Made by a program: the position numbers and the translations under genes. From an uncultured Lachnospiraceae bacterium (GTDB lineage: Bacteria > Bacillota > Clostridia > Lachnospirales > Lachnospiraceae), in NCBI GenBank assembly GCA_947174185.1, contig CAMWHY010000001.1, positions 1-58,095 on the forward strand: 58,095 nt of DNA. Direction: 5' to 3'. The notes beneath the pieces are model-generated. The model did not search any database. It was not told the DNA's origin and saw nothing but the letters and a program-made list of their open reading frames with translations. This document shows positions 52,541 through 58,095 of the stretch, piece by piece (position 1 is the stretch's first letter; each line of letters opens with the position of its first letter).

Positions 52541-52558
52541 GTTGGTTATCTCTTCTTT

Positions 52559-53677
52559 CTATATCTGCACATAAGCTCCCCCGCCCGGATGCAGCTCGTC
52601 CCATTTTTGGTTCATCAGGATATGATTTTCCTCCGGCTCATATTTATCCCAGATATGCGGTCCCAGATTGATCTTCTCCTCAACAAACCGGATACTGGAC
52701 ATCACCGATGTAATAATGGAAATCGCCTTTTTAAAATGAATCCCTTCGATAAAATTCAGCACCTCGATGGGGAACTTGCCGTGTACTACGATACATTCCG
52801 GGAACAGCTTCTCATAATCCACGTCGTCCCTTGGATGGGGCTTGATCACTACCTGATATCCCTTACAATATTCCCCGATGATCTCCTTCGCCACCTGCTC
52901 CCGGATCGACGTGACGTTAGGAAACGCTTCTGTCAGAAACAATATACAATCTTCGCAGCCCGCAAGCTTACGGACGATCTCATCTGCATCCGGCAGGAAG
53001 ATCCCCAGCATTGTCCTCTTTTGATCCGAAGTAAGGGATTCCTCCATGTTTTTCCGGGGGATTACCTTATATTTATCAAATCGATATTTGATAAACGAAT
53101 CATCGTTGATTTCCATATCAATACAATACTTACTATACCCATTCTGTATAAATATCAGATTATGTCTTGCCAAAAATGCTTTTAATGCAAAATGTCCTTC
53201 ATTGTCCTGATGCGCCGCATCGAAGTGTTTTAGACAGTCCAGTCCATCCTCCACCGCATGATAGCGGATATGATGATAATTCAGATAGTAACCGATGGCA
53301 TCCGAATCACAGAATACAAAGATGTCCTGATACTGTTTAAAGTCAATGGTAAAAAACTGATCCTGGGCTTTGCCATATTTTTTTGTATAGATCAGCCGGT
53401 TTACCAGATGGACCAATACATTATTATGGTTCTCTTTATACTTCATCAGTCCGGGAATATCCCGGTCCCTGACTTCATGCAGACGGTAAACCTGATCAAA
53501 AATATCTGCTCTGGAAAGCCGTTCATCCAAATCGCCAAAATCCATAAAGATATCGCTCAGCGCAATATCCGCTTTACCGTCTTCCTGATACATCGTCATC
53601 TCTTTGAGCAGAGAAACATATACATGGTACAGTGTATGACAGACATAGATCCTGGGCCTTTTCTTTTCCGGTTTCAT
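52559..53677 (-). CDS. GT52-like (sialyltransferase-like) glycosyltransferase
   Basis: EDG and KPHPR motifs, PIE, SS near the C-terminus. Confidence 0.7.
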   Translation of the reverse strand: MKPEKKRPRIYVCHTLYHVYVSLLKEMTMYQEDGKADIALSDIFMDFGDLDERLSRADIFDQVYRLHEVRDRDIPGLMKYKENHNNVLVHLVNRLIYTKKYGKAQDQFFTIDFKQYQDIFVFCDSDAIGYYLNYHHIRYHAVEDGLDCLKHFDAAHQDNEGHFALKAFLARHNLIFIQNGYSKYCIDMEINDDSFIKYRFDKYKVIPRKNMEESLTSDQKRTMLGIFLPDADEIVRKLAGCEDCILFLTEAFPNVTSIREQVAKEIIGEYCKGYQVVIKPHPRDDVDYEKLFPECIVVHGKFPIEVLNFIEGIHFKKAISIITSVMSSIRFVEEKINLGPHIWDKYEPEENHILMNQKWDELHPGGGAYVQI

Positions 53678-53701
53678 TGATTACGTTCCTCTTAACTCTC
53701 T

Positions 53702-53798
53702 ATGTCAGAGCAGCTTGCTGCGATGACACGCGATGAGAAATCCGTGCAGGCGGTTTCTCATCTGCGATCAAAGCAATTTGAGGCTCTGACTCAAATTG
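53702..53798. repeat. 97-bp palindromic repeat, copy 1
   Basis: 96/97 identical to 54186-54282. Confidence 0.95.
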
Positions 53799-53937
53799 TA
53801 ATACAGCAGACGGAAAGTACTCTTTTTTGTTCCCGCCATCCTTTTAAGCATGTCCACAAATAGATGCAAAAATTCTTTTTGTATCAGACGATAAATACAA
53901 AAAGACTCTTCCGTATCATATTATAATTTATCACGGA

Positions 53938-54174
53938 TCAGTCAATAAATCCAGAAATTTTACCTGCATTTTTATCATATTCCAAAATATCGCCCGGCTG
54001 GCAGTCCAGCACTTCACAGATTGCCTCTAAGGTGGAAAACCGAATTGCACTGATCTTTCCGGTTTTCATTTTGGAAAGGTTGACGTTGGATACACCAACC
54101 TTTTCTGAAAGTTCGTTGAGACTCATTTTCCGGTCTGCCATGACGCGGTCTAATCGTAATATAATTTTTCCCAT
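53938..54174 (-). CDS. XRE/YozG-type HTH regulator
   Basis: IRFSTLEAICEVLDCQPGDILEY; start MGKII after GGAGG. Confidence 0.92.
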   Translation of the reverse strand: MGKIILRLDRVMADRKMSLNELSEKVGVSNVNLSKMKTGKISAIRFSTLEAICEVLDCQPGDILEYDKNAGKISGFID

Positions 54175-54185
54175 ATTAATCCTCC

Positions 54186-54282
54186 ATGTCAGAGCAGCTT
54201 GCTGCGATGACACGCGATGAGAAATCCGCGCAGGCGGTTTCTCATCTGCGATCAAAGCAATTTGAGGCTCTGACTCAAATTG
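54186..54282. repeat. 97-bp palindromic repeat, copy 2, fused to family modules at 54283-54336
   Basis: Direct repeat of 53702-53798. Confidence 0.95.
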
Positions 54283-54333
54283 CTGAATGAAAAATCTTTG
54301 ATTTTTCATTCTAACCATATGCCTTTCCATAAC

Positions 54334-55044
54334 CTACAATGTTTCATCCGATTCCTGCTGTAATACTGCTCCATATTGGAAAATATAAGCAAGAGCAAGA
54401 ATAATCAAAACAGCCATAACTATTTTCAGATCAATACCAACGCTGATTTGGAGACTTTTGATAAAAAAACTTCTGATCACAGTATCGCTTACTGAGGATA
54501 AAACCGTCCACGGGATCAGGGAAAAAGCAAGGTTTTTCATTTTTTTGATCACATTTTGTTCAAAGGGCGATTTGCAGTTCTGAAAAGCCTTAAAAAGGAA
54601 ACCGATAAAGAATAACGTTACCAGCGTCATAGCTAAATAGAAAAATGCAAATAACAATACCCAGACAAGATTATGTAGATTAAAATCTATATTATTCGTG
54701 GAAGTAGTAACGTCAACGTAAACACCGTCATGATCGATATCAATCGCATTGATACTGTAGTCTGCACTGTCATCAGCTTCTTCAAGAATGTTCTCTACCT
54801 CCTGCCTGCCCTGCATGACCTCCTCATCCGTAAGCGTTTTACCAAAGGAAGAAAAATCAATATCGACCATAAATCTGCTGTCCGCACTTACGGTAAGAAA
54901 ATCTTTTGGTATAAACGCAGCTGCCACAGTCAATGCAAAGACACTAACCAGCGCAATGATAATAAATATTTTGGCAATGACTGTAATAATCGTAGCAATC
55001 TCACCCATTTTGTTAATTTTTTTAATAGCATCCTCTTTCATCAT
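54334..55044 (-). CDS. DUF2975-family membrane protein
   Basis: SPF, IFQYGAVLQQESDETL C-terminus; paired with the HTH gene. Confidence 0.85.
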   Translation of the reverse strand: MMKEDAIKKINKMGEIATIITVIAKIFIIIALVSVFALTVAAAFIPKDFLTVSADSRFMVDIDFSSFGKTLTDEEVMQGRQEVENILEEADDSADYSINAIDIDHDGVYVDVTTSTNNIDFNLHNLVWVLLFAFFYLAMTLVTLFFIGFLFKAFQNCKSPFEQNVIKKMKNLAFSLIPWTVLSSVSDTVIRSFFIKSLQISVGIDLKIVMAVLIILALAYIFQYGAVLQQESDETL

Positions 55045-55087
55045 TCATTTCCCGCCTTCTAGTTTTTATTTGTTAAATGATAATTTT

Positions 55088-55160
55088 TTAATGTTTATCA
55101 TTAAATTTATTATGATCCATCAATTACATTTTGTCAACACTTTTTAACGATAAACATTAA
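55088..55160 (-). promoter_or_regulatory. SigA promoter flanked by inverted operator repeats
   Basis: TTGACA-N17-CATAAT (55137-55109); 18-bp inverted pair 55088-55105 / 55143-55160. Confidence 0.7.
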
Positions 55161-55175
55161 ATTTTTTCAGTCATG

Positions 55176-55207
55176 AAAAAAAGGCAGCCGCTCCAGGCTG
55201 TCTTTTT
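55176..55207 (-). terminator. Intrinsic terminator
   Basis: AAAAAGACAGCC-loop-GGCTGCCTTTTTTT. Confidence 0.8.
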
Positions 55208-55242
55208 CATTCCATTCAGTTTAACATATCCCTTATTAATGA

Positions 55243-55965
55243 TTAGTCTTCCACCTTAAACACCTTGTCGATCACTAAAATAAAGATGGTTCCAAGTACC
55301 AGAGTAATCACTGCTCCAATACCCAGACGCAGCAGCTGGGCAAGGGTGCTGTGTTCTTCATTCCATCCATCGTTGATACAATAAAATACGCCTGTAGTAT
55401 CCACGTCATATTCCCGGCAAAGATCTTTGATCTCATCAACGGCCTGACTGTTGGCAGCAGTTTTTCTTCCCACGGGAAGGGTAATCTCCTCTCCCGCCTT
55501 AAGCCTTCTGGCAACATCTATAGGCATCTGGGCAAGAATATAGGATTCATCCGGAAGCTGGATCAGATAATACTCCCCATATTCTCCTATAATGTCCAAA
55601 AACATTCTGGTAACATCCGCACGTTTTCTGGGGCCGCCTCTTCTGCCTGAATTGCTATAAGCTGAAACCCATGGGTGGCGCACTCCGATTCCCGTGGATA
55701 TAATGTTGATAGGTTCAATGGTCACACATCTGGTCTGCCACGTGTCCTCCCACATCTCTGCATCCTCAATACGGGGAATATCATCCGCCGCGGGCAATCC
55801 AATATAATCCTCCTTAAGCCCTTCCTCGGTCATTGCCAGAGTAACAGGTTCCTCTTCACCCATAAGCCATGATTCCACACTGATATTCATAATTACCAAT
55901 GCGGCAATTACAATCGCTGCAATCACCGCCAAAAATTCCAAAGCCTTTACAACTTTCTTTTTCAT
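55243..55965 (-). CDS. Hypothetical membrane protein
   Basis: N- and C-terminal TMs; GGAGG RBS. Confidence 0.8.
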   Translation of the reverse strand: MKKKVVKALEFLAVIAAIVIAALVIMNISVESWLMGEEEPVTLAMTEEGLKEDYIGLPAADDIPRIEDAEMWEDTWQTRCVTIEPINIISTGIGVRHPWVSAYSNSGRRGGPRKRADVTRMFLDIIGEYGEYYLIQLPDESYILAQMPIDVARRLKAGEEITLPVGRKTAANSQAVDEIKDLCREYDVDTTGVFYCINDGWNEEHSTLAQLLRLGIGAVITLVLGTIFILVIDKVFKVED

Positions 55966-56036
55966 AATTAGCCTCCATTGTTCTGCTCCCAGCTGTCCAT
56001 CAACGGGCAGAAGGGTTCATAGGGAAAGTCCATTCC

Positions 56037-56639
56037 CTAGATGCCTCCCTCTGCCCTTCTCTTTGCCGCCATCAGAAGCTCCACGTAGGTATCCGCTTTG
56101 GATATTGCCTCAGCACCAATACCTGACTTCAGATTGACCGCTCTGTTGCTTAATAAGGTGTACATGGTTATTTTTTTACCATCCAGCTCAAACACAAAAC
56201 GCACTCCTGACATTGTCGACGCGATCGTCTCTGCTTTTCCAATACGGGATGCATTGAAGATCTGAATCTCAAAAGGATTATACGCCGAAATAAAGCCAAT
56301 CATTCCATGTTCCACATCGATCAGCAGTCTGCCGTTTCTGCCCTGAAAAGAACTTTTAAACTGGTAAGGAAGGGAATCAATATGCTTATAAGCGCCCTTT
56401 GTCAGAAGCGGCGTTAAGGTTCCCCATGCAAGCGCCATCAGCAGCGAAAACCATGCTATAACGGAAAAAACAATACTTAACCCCAGAACAGCACCCCATT
56501 GAAACTCCTCACTTCCAAGTCCCAAGATCAGAGAAATTACAAAAGGAATTCCAAATCCCGCTCCAAATAAAAGCAGCCAAAACGAGGACCCAAATTTTTT
56601 AAATTTTTCTGTTTCCATTGCTTTCATAAATTGATACAT
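56037..56639 (-). CDS. Hypothetical membrane protein
   Basis: Two TMs plus a soluble C-terminal domain. Confidence 0.8.
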   Translation of the reverse strand: MYQFMKAMETEKFKKFGSSFWLLLFGAGFGIPFVISLILGLGSEEFQWGAVLGLSIVFSVIAWFSLLMALAWGTLTPLLTKGAYKHIDSLPYQFKSSFQGRNGRLLIDVEHGMIGFISAYNPFEIQIFNASRIGKAETIASTMSGVRFVFELDGKKITMYTLLSNRAVNLKSGIGAEAISKADTYVELLMAAKRRAEGGI

Positions 56640-56749
56640 CTCCTCTCCGGATTTTAATATCGTATCTGCACTTCTCCTGCAAACTGTTTTATTATATCAT
56701 TCCGGTCTTTAGGAAACAATTGTTTTATGAAATAAAACCATATAAGAAA

Positions 56750-58095
56750 TCATTCTTCCATATACAGGGTGATGGCGTTATCCGCCTCCTCCATATACTG
56801 TTCCAGCGCGATCCTGCCATTCAGATAATCTTCCATTCCCGAAAATATCTTTTCCTCCAGAATCGCATTCCGGTAAGTAGGAACCGAAAAACTGCCAAGC
56901 AGATCCATATAGCGCTCCATCTCTCCCTCCGGAGCAATCGGAGTGTACGCTCCATGATCACCGTACTTGAATTCTTCTGTCCGACTTTGCAGCACTTCCA
57001 TGTTGACCGACATACCATATCTATGCTCGCTGTTGCTGTCATACCAGCCCATTCCTATGTTGCTTTGGGTATCCTCACTTAACATATATTTTATAAATTC
57101 TTCCGCCGCATCCGTGTATTCACTTTTGGCATAAATAGAATAGATCAGCAGCGGCGTAAATGTATTGACATCATCAATGGCAAAGATATCATATGTTTCA
57201 TGGGGATATTCGTTCATCATATGCCAGATATCAGTCACATTAAACGAATAGGTAAAGTTATATAATCCGATACTGCGTCCTGAATAAAGCTGCATTTCCT
57301 CATTCTCCATACCCCAGCGTCCTCCTGCCAGTCCCAAGGACCCCCATTCGTCAATCAGTCCATAAAGCAGCTGGTGTGTGTTAGAGTATGCCCAGTCCCC
57401 CTCCTCAGCAACCAGAGTTTCCCATTCCCGGATCTGATCCTCTGTGGTATGTTCCATCAGGGCATCCCACACGCCTTTCATACCGGACACAAAATTTTCC
57501 AGTTCCTGCCTGTCATAGCTTTCCCCATTCCCGAAGATTCTGGAGGAATAAGCCGGATATAACAGTTGAAACAATCCTTTTACATCATAGATCCGCAGAT
57601 CATTGCCAAATTCAGGATTCGGGCACGGACTGTTTTGAATATATTCTGCAAGCCCTTCCAGACTGTTCAGAGAATCTATGCTGTCCGCAGGCGCAGATAT
57701 GACCGAAAATCCGAATTGTGACGGTATCGCATAGATTTCACCGTCTTCCGTACGGTAACAGGATAAAATCGTTGTATTGATTCCCGGATTATCACTCATG
57801 ATCTCTTCATACAGACCGGACAGTTCTTTCAGCATGCCGCTGTCCCTGTAGGCAATGTAGTTCAGTCCATCCATAATGATGACGTCCGGTCCATTTCCCG
57901 CCAGAAGCTGCGTATTCAGCGCATTGACCGCCTCCGCAATGGTCGTATTGCTTCCTTCCTCACGTCCGACTTCTATATTAATATTAATTTCGGGATATTC
58001 CTCTTCAAATTGTCTGACAGTTTCTTCCAGATATTCCTGCGAATACAAAGTGTAAACGGTGATCTCTTCAGCAGGCACATTTTCCACCGGCTCCA
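56750..58095 (-). CDS. Extracellular solute-binding protein (SBP_bac_1-like), 5' end beyond the window
   Basis: FEEEYPEINI, AGNGPDVI, DGEIYAIP, AAEEFIKYML. Confidence 0.8.
   Translation of the reverse strand, partial: EPVENVPAEEITVYTLYSQEYLEETVRQFEEEYPEININIEVGREEGSNTTIAEAVNALNTQLLAGNGPDVIIMDGLNYIAYRDSGMLKELSGLYEEIMSDNPGINTTILSCYRTEDGEIYAIPSQFGFSVISAPADSIDSLNSLEGLAEYIQNSPCPNPEFGNDLRIYDVKGLFQLLYPAYSSRIFGNGESYDRQELENFVSGMKGVWDALMEHTTEDQIREWETLVAEEGDWAYSNTHQLLYGLIDEWGSLGLAGGRWGMENEEMQLYSGRSIGLYNFTYSFNVTDIWHMMNEYPHETYDIFAIDDVNTFTPLLIYSIYAKSEYTDAAEEFIKYMLSEDTQSNIGMGWYDSNSEHRYGMSVNMEVLQSRTEEFKYGDHGAYTPIAPEGEMERYMDLLGSFSVPTYRNAILEEKIFSGMEDYLNGRIALEQYMEEADNAITLYMEE

Noticed and set aside
53702-54336. 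CRISPR array
   Set aside because: Repeats are too long, only two copies, no regular spacers and no cas genes

Overview
A chromosomal window from a motile Bacillota, most likely Lachnospiraceae (inferred from protein style and gene order). It has four parts. (1) 1-3134: an AT-rich, decayed integrative element inserted into the 3' end of tuf. It is bounded by a diverged duplicate of the last 17 tuf codons plus a ~150-nt multi-hairpin sequence that follows both tuf ends, and it carries candidate integrase arm sites and pseudogene cargo. (2) 3081-22704: the core minus-strand cluster rpmG-secE-nusG-rplK-rplA-[Cthe_2159-like, CapA-like]-rplJ-rplL-rpoB-rpoC-rpsL-rpsG-fusA-tuf. Two cell-surface genes interrupt rplA-rplJ, and NusG has a long N-terminal extension. 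(3) 23130-48044: a late flagellar locus (flgM, flgN, two flgK, flgL, fliW, csrA, flaG, fliD, fliS, two identical flagellins, a second FliD-like gene). It has sigma28 promoters, many candidate CsrA sites and a flagellin glycosylation island. (4) 48086-58095: MATE, tcdA, an ABC flippase-like gene, a sialyltransferase-like GT, a DUF2975/HTH pair, membrane proteins and a partial solute-binding protein. A family of modular palindromic intergenic repeats is scattered through the window and in places supplies ribosome-binding sites. No rRNA, tRNA, CRISPR array or intact integrase/transposase was seen. All calls come from reading the sequence; no database search was run.
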